44,227 bases of DNA, taken from Bacteroidota bacterium. Its GTDB lineage: Bacteria > Bacteroidota > Bacteroidia > Flavobacteriales_D > Crocinitomicaceae. Below are positions 9,506-17,611 of this stretch, in pieces. Made by a program: the position numbers and the translations under genes. The stretch covers positions 1 to 44,227 of the forward strand of contig VGMK01000001.1 of the NCBI GenBank assembly GCA_016866375.1, read 5' to 3'. Position 1 is the first letter of the stretch; the number at the start of each line of letters is the position of its first letter. The notes under the pieces are model-generated. The model saw only the letters and a program-made list of their open reading frames with translations, did not search any database and was not told the DNA's origin.

Positions 9506-10439
9506 TACAATAGGTGATCGATCCGGGATTTTATTTTTGTCCAGACAAATATTTTGTGAGGGTGTTTCGAATGCAGAATTATTAAGAAACAAAAGTGTTA
9601 TTAATCCTGAAATTCGATTAAACCCAAAACTATCATTAAAATTTTTGATGTTCCTAGATTTAATTCATATTTCCGGTGAAGAATTTTCATTGACAAAAAA
9701 AGGTGTTTATCTCCAAAATAATTTTGAAAATACATTTTACAATAAAATAGGCTTATTGGTAATAAAACGATTAATTGATTTAAAAATACTTGATATAAAT
9801 AGTATTAAAATAGAAACAAGGGGTTCCGTTGTTTTTTACGAATTACCCGCATTTCCTTTGAATGCTGCCATATTCAGGAATTTTCTAATTGAAATCGGCT
9901 TATTACAAAACATTAAAGGGATCTATTATCTACATTTGCCTAAAGACCAAGAGGAGTCTTTTGTTAGAACTATAAGGAAAAGACATCGATTAATCTCACA
10001 AGATGAATTATTAAAAAAATTAGAGAAACAAAGAGAGCAAGGGATCATTGCCGAGAAATGGGTGGTTGAATATGAAAAGAGAAGGATTTTAAATCATGAT
10101 TTAATTGAAAAAATCAAATTAATATCAGACATTGATATTCAAGCTGGATACGACATTCTCTCATTTAATAATCGATACTCAACACATTACGATAGATGTA
10201 TTGAAGTCAAATCTTATAGTGATAATCTTCATTTTTACTGGTCTAAAAATGAATCTGAAATTGCCTTTTTAAAAGGTGATAATTATTTTTTATACCTAAT
10301 AGACATAAACAAAATAAGCAATCCAAATTACGAACCTTTAATAATTAAAAATCCAAAAAAAGTTCTTCATGAAGACAATAATTGGATTGTGGAGACTCAA
10401 ACATATTTGATATCGAAAATTCAAGGTATTGATTTCTAA
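9480..10439 (+). CDS. DUF3883-like (restriction-endonuclease-fold) C-terminal domain protein
   Basis: GYDILSFNN...RCIEVKSYSDNLHFYWSKNESEIAFLKGDNYFLYLI matches the DUF3883/NO VEIN C-terminal pattern (D...E-x-K core). 26-nt overlap with the SNF2 gene. Confidence 0.6.
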   Translation: MLEELKQFNTIGDRSGILFLSRQIFCEGVSNAELLRNKSVINPEIRLNPKLSLKFLMFLDLIHISGEEFSLTKKGVYLQNNFENTFYNKIGLLVIKRLIDLKILDINSIKIETRGSVVFYELPAFPLNAAIFRNFLIEIGLLQNIKGIYYLHLPKDQEESFVRTIRKRHRLISQDELLKKLEKQREQGIIAEKWVVEYEKRRILNHDLIEKIKLISDIDIQAGYDILSFNNRYSTHYDRCIEVKSYSDNLHFYWSKNESEIAFLKGDNYFLYLIDINKISNPNYEPLIIKNPKKVLHEDNNWIVETQTYLISKIQGIDF

Positions 10440-10519
10440 ATTCATGAATTGGTGATGATATTATTTCTTGACTTATCAAATTCAAAAATCATACTAAATA
10501 TTTCATTTTTAAAAATGAC

Positions 10520-10940
10520 TTGATGAAATTCGGTTTCCGCATACCATCTCTAACCAAACGAATAGCAGCACGCACATCATTGAAGCTAGTTATTCGCCAC
10601 AATTTAGGTTTCAAAGCACCTAAAGGTTTTGGTTGGTTCACAAATCCAAAAAAAAGCAGCTTACAACAAAGTCTACAACAAAACATCACGAGGTTGTTTG
10701 GTCAACTTACTTTTCTTGGTTTCATTTGGTTTTCTAACATTTTCAATCCCTTCCTGCGATTTCAAGAAATCGGATAAAACAGGAGGTACTTATGTCAAAC
10801 CCTCCGTAAACTACAAAGGTCAAACACGCAAAGGTCACGTGCGCAGAAAAGTTAGCACCGATAAAAACGCCATCAAAAACCAAAATCGGTCACGGTATTA
10901 TTACCAGGCGAGGGGGAAGTATAGGAGGAAGAATTATTGA
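10520..10940 (+). pseudogene. Small basic protein gene interrupted by a +1 frameshift in an A8 tract
   Basis: Frame A gives MMKFGFRIPSLTKRIAARTS...GFGWFTNPKK. Frame B continues AAYNKVYNKTSRGCLVNLLFLVSFGFL...RKNY. The frames join if the A8 run at 10648-10655 is A7. Confidence 0.55.
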
Positions 10941-11239
10941 GTAGCTCGTTTGGCTTGAATTTCATTTTTTTAAAGTTTGGAAAAAGAAATTACCTCGTTG
11001 GATTTTGAGGTAAATTAATTTCATATCAAACTTAGCTTGAAAAAAACATTGGATTTTACAATAAAATCATACTTAATATTCCATTAGTTAAAAAAAATCA
11101 ATATTTTTTGCAATTTTACAAATGTGATTAAATCCAATAAAAGAAGATTTTAAAGATCGGCCGTATATACTCTAAATCGCAAGAATAAGTCAATTAGTTA
11201 AAGGAAGTTGAAATACGGATTAATTTAAAATAAAGTTAA

Positions 11240-13147
11240 ATGATACTTTTCTTCGATACAGAAACAACTGGGTTGCCTAAAAACTGGAAAGCACCAGTTA
11301 CAGACTTGGATAATTGGCCTCGATTAGTCCAGTTAGCCTATTTAGTATATGATTTTGACGGAAATTTAATTCTTTCGTGCAATGAGATTATAAAACCTAA
11401 TGGATTCATAATTCCGACTGACGCCTCAAAAGTTCATGGAATTACCACTGAAATTGCGAATCAAAGAGGCAGTAAAATTGAAGAAGTATTTGAATTATTC
11501 TCCATTCATTTAAGTCGAGCAAAAGTTGTTGTTGCCCATAATATGGCATACGATGAAAAAATTATAGGTTCGGAATTGATTCGTTTGGGCTTTCATAATA
11601 TCCTTGATGATAAAGAAAAAATTTGTACAATGATCTCAACTGTAGATCTGTGCAAAATCGATGGTCCGTATGGCTATAAATGGCCAAGATTGGAGGAATT
11701 ACATCGTTTTTTGTTTAAACACGATTTCGATGGTGCACATGATGCCTTGGCAGATATTCAGGCAACGGCGAAGTGTTTTTGGGAGTTGAAAAAGCAACAG
11801 ATTATTGAAGTAAACAATAGATCCATACCAACGATTTCTAAGTCTTTAATGGAAAAAATCAAGAAAGCCATATGGCTTGATGAAAATAGAGAAGTCGATG
11901 AAGAAAGTATTGAAATAGGTGGGCAGATTTGGACTAAAAGAAACCTAAATGTTGATTGTTTTAGAAATGGAGACTTAATACAAGAAGCGAGAAGTAATGA
12001 AGAATGGCAAAAAGCATCAGATGAAAAAAAACCAGCTTGGTGTTACTATGATAATGACCCAGTCAACGGGAAAAAATATGGTAAATTATACAATTGGTAT
12101 GCGGTCAACGATCCAAGAGGGTTGGCTCCTGAGGGATGGTCAATTCCCACTATAGAAGAATGGGAGATTTTAAGGGATGAACTTGGAGAAAATTATACCA
12201 CAAAAATTATAGATTGTGCTGATTGGTTAGATTGTCCTGACTGGATTGAAAATTCGGATGAGATTAATAATAGTGGTTTTTCTGGATTACCAGGAGGGGG
12301 AAGAATGGTAAATGGAGTTTTTTACAATAACATAAAAAAAGAGTATCTATATTTTTATGAATTCGATTTATTCAAACGTAGTCGTAGAGATAGAAATGAA
12401 CTAGGTAAAGATGCTACTTGGTGGACTTCATCAGAGTGTTTCGATTATGAATTGCCAGGAGTAACAAAAAAAGAGATGGCTAAATGTTTTATGATTAATG
12501 ATTTTCTTTTTGAACTACTTATGGGTAATTCTAACATCAGAGAAAAAGGCAAAGGATTCTCTGTTCGCTGCATTAAATCAAAAAAATATAATAATGAAGA
12601 GTTTTTAAGGATTAACGGAAAAATTTGGATGAAGAATAATCTGAATGTTGAACGTTTTCGTAATGGCGATATAATTTTTGAAGCAAAAACCGATGAGGAA
12701 TGGAAAAGAGCGGGAGAATTAGGAATTCCTGCATGGTGCTACTATAAAAATGACAATGACATAGGCAGAATAAATGGTAAACTATACAATTGGTTTGCGG
12801 TAAATGATCCTCGTGAATTAGCTCCTGAAGGTTGGCGTGTGCCTTCGAAACAAGACTGGTTAGAATTAGAATCCTTTTATGATTGGAGATGGGAACATGA
12901 TGATGATCCACAGTTTCATCCTACATGGATTTTATGGAAAGAAATGAGAATAAACACTGAAGGTTATCGAGGACCCGTTGATTTTGATACGGATGCTATA
13001 GGTTACTGTCTTTGGTGGACTTCTTCTATTGTGGAAAATGATGATTCATCAGCTTACATCTTTAACTATGAACCTTATTGGTCGATAAGTTTGTCCAACT
13101 CATTTTTAACCTGCGGAATTTATGTTAGATGCATAGAGGATATTTAA
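11240..13147 (+). CDS. DnaQ-like DEDDh 3'-5' exonuclease fused to two FISUMP (Fibrobacter succinogenes major paralogous) domains
   Basis: Exo motifs ILFFDTETTG, HNMAYDEKII, HDALADIQAT. Then two copies of I(G/N)GxIW(T/M)KxNLNVxxFRNGD...PAWCYY.ND...GKLYNW(Y/F)AVNDPR.LAPEGW.(I/V)P...W..L...WWTSS. No signal peptide. Confidence 0.85.
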   Translation: MILFFDTETTGLPKNWKAPVTDLDNWPRLVQLAYLVYDFDGNLILSCNEIIKPNGFIIPTDASKVHGITTEIANQRGSKIEEVFELFSIHLSRAKVVVAHNMAYDEKIIGSELIRLGFHNILDDKEKICTMISTVDLCKIDGPYGYKWPRLEELHRFLFKHDFDGAHDALADIQATAKCFWELKKQQIIEVNNRSIPTISKSLMEKIKKAIWLDENREVDEESIEIGGQIWTKRNLNVDCFRNGDLIQEARSNEEWQKASDEKKPAWCYYDNDPVNGKKYGKLYNWYAVNDPRGLAPEGWSIPTIEEWEILRDELGENYTTKIIDCADWLDCPDWIENSDEINNSGFSGLPGGGRMVNGVFYNNIKKEYLYFYEFDLFKRSRRDRNELGKDATWWTSSECFDYELPGVTKKEMAKCFMINDFLFELLMGNSNIREKGKGFSVRCIKSKKYNNEEFLRINGKIWMKNNLNVERFRNGDIIFEAKTDEEWKRAGELGIPAWCYYKNDNDIGRINGKLYNWFAVNDPRELAPEGWRVPSKQDWLELESFYDWRWEHDDDPQFHPTWILWKEMRINTEGYRGPVDFDTDAIGYCLWWTSSIVENDDSSAYIFNYEPYWSISLSNSFLTCGIYVRCIEDI

Positions 13148-13280
13148 TCTAATTAAGAAGGTTCTTATACTAGGTTATCTAAAGAACTGAGATAGAAGCG
13201 TACTTTAAGAAATTACTTTTATTTTGAATCCATTAAGAAATACTTGTAATTTATAACTTTCAATTCAATAAAAATAAAGG

Positions 13281-15050
13281 ATGAGAACTAAAAACATTAA
13301 TCAGAACTTGCTTTCGTTGTTTGCTCGACATCCAAAATATTTGTTAAGGTTACTTTTCACTTATTATCCAATTTCTAATGAACAAATAGTAAAGTTCAAA
13401 GGCGAAGTGAAATGGGGGTATTTGTCTTCCAATACAGCAAGAAGTTGGGATCAATCCTTCATTGAAGAATACTCAGATCAGTTGAATTGGGACACATTGT
13501 CGGGAAATCCGTCATTGCCTTGGTCAATGTCTTTTCTAAAAGCATTCTCAGGAAGGTTTAAGGGCTCTATTCAAACTACGAATCCTTCATTGCCATGGTC
13601 ATATGAATTCATAACGAAATACGAGAAATTTTGGAATTTTTATTCACTTCCATTAAATGAGGGGATTCCATGGACACAAGAACTTATATTACATCCAAAA
13701 ATCATTGATAAAAATCTTTCAACTGTTAACGGTCAAAACCTTTGGACGGAAGAATTTTTGCTTCAAAATGCAGCAATATTACCTTGGCATTTTTTATGCG
13801 CGAATCCCTACATTTCATGGACAGAGAAATTGATTGATCAATTATCACCTTTTTGGAAAAAGGAAGAGAAAGAAAGCAATGAGTATTCTGTTTCGCCATG
13901 GAAAGGACTTTGCTCCAACCCTTCAGTTCCATGGACGACAAAATGGATTAAGAAATATCAAAAATCCTTTTTTAGACCCTTTGGCATTCATTGGAAAGAG
14001 TTAAGTAGAAATCCAAATTTGCCTTGGCAAGAGGAAAATCTGTTAGAGATTTATAAAAATAAATGGAATTGGGACCTGCTCTCTGTTAACGACGGCGTAG
14101 GTTTTACAGAAGAACAAATCGAAAAACACAAAGACCTTCTTACTTGGGATTCAGGTAGTGGAAGCAATCAAAATATCGCATCTAATACCAATCTACCATG
14201 GAGTGTCGAATTTATCAATAAGTACAAGCATAAATGGCATTGGTGGAGTTTATCTCGAAATCCTGGTGTCAATTGGACGGAAGAAATGATTTCCGAATTT
14301 GAAGAAAATATTATTTGGCAATCGATGGCAAACAACATCAATTTACCTTGGTCGTTGGATTTTATTTTGAAATACGAAAAAGAACTATTCAAAAGTTGGA
14401 CTTCGACGAACAGTGACTTTGATCAACATATTTGGGCAAAAGTATTTGAACCATTAATTACAGACGAAATAGCCGAACAGATACTATACAATTTATCTAA
14501 TCCATTTCAGGCCATCAAAAACTACAAGCCAGAATCAGATGATACAAATATTCCTCAAAAGAACCTTGAAATATTGACCCGTTTAATATTAAACATCAAC
14601 TCTCAAACGAACCCTTACATTTCGAATTTTTCCAAAATAGATTTGTTTCTATCGGCAATTCAAACAGCAATGTCACAAATTCTTGTTGCGGATGAAAATG
14701 AGTTGAAAATTGAACTTAAATTATTGACGCAATTATATCAAGAATCCGACGAGCCAACAAAAAAATACCTCAACAATTTATCCGCTGAGGTACACGAAGA
14801 GATACGTGTTCTTTTTGCTGGATATGGTATTGACAAAATTGCTCGAGAAGTTGTTTTGAAACAAAACGAAATGAACGAAACCTATATGGAATTTGCTCGT
14901 CAAGGTGGACATATTACACAAGATTTTTCTTTCCTACATTCATTCATTAGAAAGTATGGCAAAAGGCATTTAGAGTTAGCGAGGTTGTGGGTGCTTTTGG
15001 ATGCGTTGCTGCAAAAAAACACGAAATACGCTGTGAAGAGACAGCAATAG
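13281..15050 (+). CDS. Trp-rich tandem-repeat protein (about 12 units of 25-30 aa) with a non-repeat helical C-terminus
   Basis: Recurrent NP(S/N)LPW(S/T).EFI.KY...W.W..LS.N units between roughly aa 40 and 375. No family recognised. Confidence 0.7.
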   Translation: MRTKNINQNLLSLFARHPKYLLRLLFTYYPISNEQIVKFKGEVKWGYLSSNTARSWDQSFIEEYSDQLNWDTLSGNPSLPWSMSFLKAFSGRFKGSIQTTNPSLPWSYEFITKYEKFWNFYSLPLNEGIPWTQELILHPKIIDKNLSTVNGQNLWTEEFLLQNAAILPWHFLCANPYISWTEKLIDQLSPFWKKEEKESNEYSVSPWKGLCSNPSVPWTTKWIKKYQKSFFRPFGIHWKELSRNPNLPWQEENLLEIYKNKWNWDLLSVNDGVGFTEEQIEKHKDLLTWDSGSGSNQNIASNTNLPWSVEFINKYKHKWHWWSLSRNPGVNWTEEMISEFEENIIWQSMANNINLPWSLDFILKYEKELFKSWTSTNSDFDQHIWAKVFEPLITDEIAEQILYNLSNPFQAIKNYKPESDDTNIPQKNLEILTRLILNINSQTNPYISNFSKIDLFLSAIQTAMSQILVADENELKIELKLLTQLYQESDEPTKKYLNNLSAEVHEEIRVLFAGYGIDKIAREVVLKQNEMNETYMEFARQGGHITQDFSFLHSFIRKYGKRHLELARLWVLLDALLQKNTKYAVKRQQ

Positions 15051-15114
15051 ATATTCAAGCTAAAGAAAACTCAAAAAGGTAACCAGGTATTAATATGAGA
15101 AAAGTAAGGTAAAA

Positions 15115-16653
15115 ATGGATGATCAATTAACTTTTTTATTTATGGATTATGAAACATTTAATAGTAATCCGAAAGGAGGTCGTGTTTCTCAATATGCCTC
15201 GATTAGAACAAATTATGCTCTAGAAATTCAAAAAGATTCTGCAAAAAATTATTTTTGCCTTCAATCCAAGGATAATATACCATCACCTTCTGCTGCTCTT
15301 ATAACAAAATTGACCCCACAAAAAATTGAAAGAATTAAAAATGGTATAGAGCCACTTCCTGCATCTACTTTTAATGTGATTCCTGAGGTTTATAATGAAT
15401 ATTGGTTTATTTCTCATATCGAATATGATATGTCCTTACCCAAGACATGTACTCTAGGATATAATAGTTTCAAGTTTGATGATGAGTTTACAAGAAATTT
15501 ACTTTATAGAAATCTTCGCGATCCATATGAAAGGGAATGGTCTAACAATAATTCAAGATTCGATGTATACTTTTTAGTTTTAGCTACTTATGTCTTGAAA
15601 CCCGAAATTTTAAATTTCCCTCAAGCTCGAGATAAAGAAAACAATGAATTACTTTATCATTCGAAAACAAATTTACCTTTACCTAGCTTTCGTTTAGAGG
15701 ACCTATCCATTGCAAATAAAATATCTCATACAAATGCCCATGATGCATTTAGTGATGTTGAAGCAACAATTGAAATAATGAAAATTATTAAGAACGCTGA
15801 TGAATATTTTTTTGAAGAAATTTTTTCATTAAGAAAAAAGAAAAATGTTAACGACTGGCTAAATAAAAACAACAATAAACCCTTTATTCATATAAGCCAA
15901 TATTACGGTAAAGAAAACTATTCTATGGGTATTCTATACCAAATAGCGAATAATCATAGAGCATACTTATGTTTAAATCTATCACATGATGTTCAACCGC
16001 TTATTGATTTAGAAGGTGAAGATTTAGAAAATTATTTATTTCCGAAAGAAACTTTTGAATACAAAAAAAATGTTGTAATTATATATAATAATCAGTGCCC
16101 AATTCTAGCAAATGTTTCGGAATATGCTGAAAGACTAAAGTCATTTAATTTAGACCGCGAAAAAATGTCTAAAAACCTAAATTTAATTCGCGAAAACATT
16201 AATCCACTTTCAGCCAAATTAAAACCACTTTATTTTAAAGATTTTCCTTTATCAACTGATAAAATTGATTCAGATTTAAAAATTTACTCTGGAGGATTTT
16301 TTTCAGATTTAGAAAGAGACAGCATTAGTCAATTCCATTGTGCAATTACAATGAATAATAATTCTTTTTCAATTCAAAACATGGCTTCACCTCGTTTAAA
16401 GGAAATGGCATTAAAAATAATTGCTCGCAACTTTCCTGATAAATTAACGGAAGAAGAAAAAAAATGGTGGTTTAACTACTCTCGAAATAGAATTTCGAAT
16501 AAAGAAATCGGATCGGAATATACAATTGATGATTGTACAAATGAAATTTCTGAACTTTTCAAAAAACAACTTAAAATTGATGAAATGTTCATTTTAGCGG
16601 AATTACGAGAGTATGTAAATTCTCTTAAACGATATTATCAATTGACATCTTAA
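15115..16653 (+). CDS. sbcB: Exodeoxyribonuclease I
   Basis: Collinear with E. coli ExoI: FLFMDYETF...QYASIRT, PKTCTLGYNSFKFDDEFTRNLLYRN..DPYEREW..NNSRFDV, LPSFRLEDLSIAN.ISHTNAHDAFSDVEATIEIMK, CPILAN, YSGGFFSD, ARNFP. Confidence 0.9.
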   Translation: MDDQLTFLFMDYETFNSNPKGGRVSQYASIRTNYALEIQKDSAKNYFCLQSKDNIPSPSAALITKLTPQKIERIKNGIEPLPASTFNVIPEVYNEYWFISHIEYDMSLPKTCTLGYNSFKFDDEFTRNLLYRNLRDPYEREWSNNNSRFDVYFLVLATYVLKPEILNFPQARDKENNELLYHSKTNLPLPSFRLEDLSIANKISHTNAHDAFSDVEATIEIMKIIKNADEYFFEEIFSLRKKKNVNDWLNKNNNKPFIHISQYYGKENYSMGILYQIANNHRAYLCLNLSHDVQPLIDLEGEDLENYLFPKETFEYKKNVVIIYNNQCPILANVSEYAERLKSFNLDREKMSKNLNLIRENINPLSAKLKPLYFKDFPLSTDKIDSDLKIYSGGFFSDLERDSISQFHCAITMNNNSFSIQNMASPRLKEMALKIIARNFPDKLTEEEKKWWFNYSRNRISNKEIGSEYTIDDCTNEISELFKKQLKIDEMFILAELREYVNSLKRYYQLTS

Positions 16654-16676
16654 GTCATTCTAATTCATAGCATTTC

Positions 16677-16832
16677 TCATTTCGAATTTTGTTGTTCTAA
16701 TTTCTTTTGATATTCATATTCTTCTTCAAGTCTAATTTGATATAGATCATAATCATCAAAATTTTCGAAAAGTTCTATGTTTTGAAGATATAACTCATCC
16801 CCAAGATGTAATTTATTTTTTGGGTTTTCCAT
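16677..16832 (-). CDS. Small acidic hypothetical protein
   Basis: ORF trimmed to MENPKNK.... No similarity recognised. Confidence 0.25.
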   Translation of the reverse strand: MENPKNKLHLGDELYLQNIELFENFDDYDLYQIRLEEEYEYQKKLEQQNSK

Positions 16833-16940
16833 ATTTAAAATCAATTTCTTTTTAAAATTACATAATAATATCAAGGAAATTTTGACGGCCGTTTTCGAAC
16901 GAAAAATATACTGTCAAAAAAGGTGTATAATAGAAATCGG

Positions 16941-17006
16941 ATGAAACGTGAAACCCCGTTATAAAGCGTTGAAACATGTTAAAAGCCGTTAAAAGCCGTT
17001 TGACAG
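16941..17006. repeat. Phased 10-bp A-rich repeats ending in GTT (AAAAGCCGTT twice, plus degenerate copies)
   Basis: Consecutive 10-mers atgaaacgtg / aaaccccgtt / ataaagcgtt / gaaacatgtt / aaaagccgtt / aaaagccgtt, then TTTGACAG. The reverse complement CTGTCAAA is at 16911-16918. Confidence 0.5.
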
Positions 17007-17054
17007 AATTTTTTTATAACTTTTGTAGTCAATTAAGAAACAACAGAATCTCAC

Positions 17055-17435
17055 ATGAAATTAACTAAAACAGAATTTGGTTTAATAATAATTCTCATTT
17101 CAATCTCAATTATTGGTTTTATGCTTAAGTTGCCTGCTGTTTTTAGACATCATGACCGTGAACTACATTTTCTATTTTACCTTCTAACAGCCCTATTTTT
17201 TTATCTGAATTTTGGTAAGAACAAATTGATTAACCATGTTATTATATTCATTTTATTACTGATTTTTGGAATTGGAATCGAGGCAATGCAAGAATTATCC
17301 AATCAAATTTTGAACAAGAAAATCCATGGGAATTTCGATCCGTTAGATGTGTTATTTAATGTGTTTGGACTTTTTGTAGCAACACTTTTTTGGGCAGTTT
17401 CTTATATAGTCAAAATAATCATAAACAAAAAATAG
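17055..17435 (+). CDS. Small polytopic membrane protein, VanZ-like
   Basis: Four predicted TM segments. HF..Y early, and E..QE...........FD..D...N..G late, fit the VanZ-family pattern. Confidence 0.45.
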   Translation: MKLTKTEFGLIIILISISIIGFMLKLPAVFRHHDRELHFLFYLLTALFFYLNFGKNKLINHVIIFILLLIFGIGIEAMQELSNQILNKKIHGNFDPLDVLFNVFGLFVATLFWAVSYIVKIIINKK

Positions 17436-17611
17436 AATACAAAATGAAAACAAGGGGTTGTTTGATTTGACTGAAGCCGAATGGAAAATTGTAGAGGGCT
17501 TGAACACCCATATTCCGGGAAGTTTCAGAAGCGTTATTAGTTTGAATAGCATGTTTTTTAATCCTAGGCAATATTGCTTACACGCTGTTATTGTTAGTTG
17601 ACATTGAATTG

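Noticed and set aside
10489-10689. 66-aa minus-strand ORF opposite the frameshifted small gene.
   Set aside because: It is antisense to a plus-strand reading frame whose two halves join cleanly at the A8 tract, and it shows no independent support.
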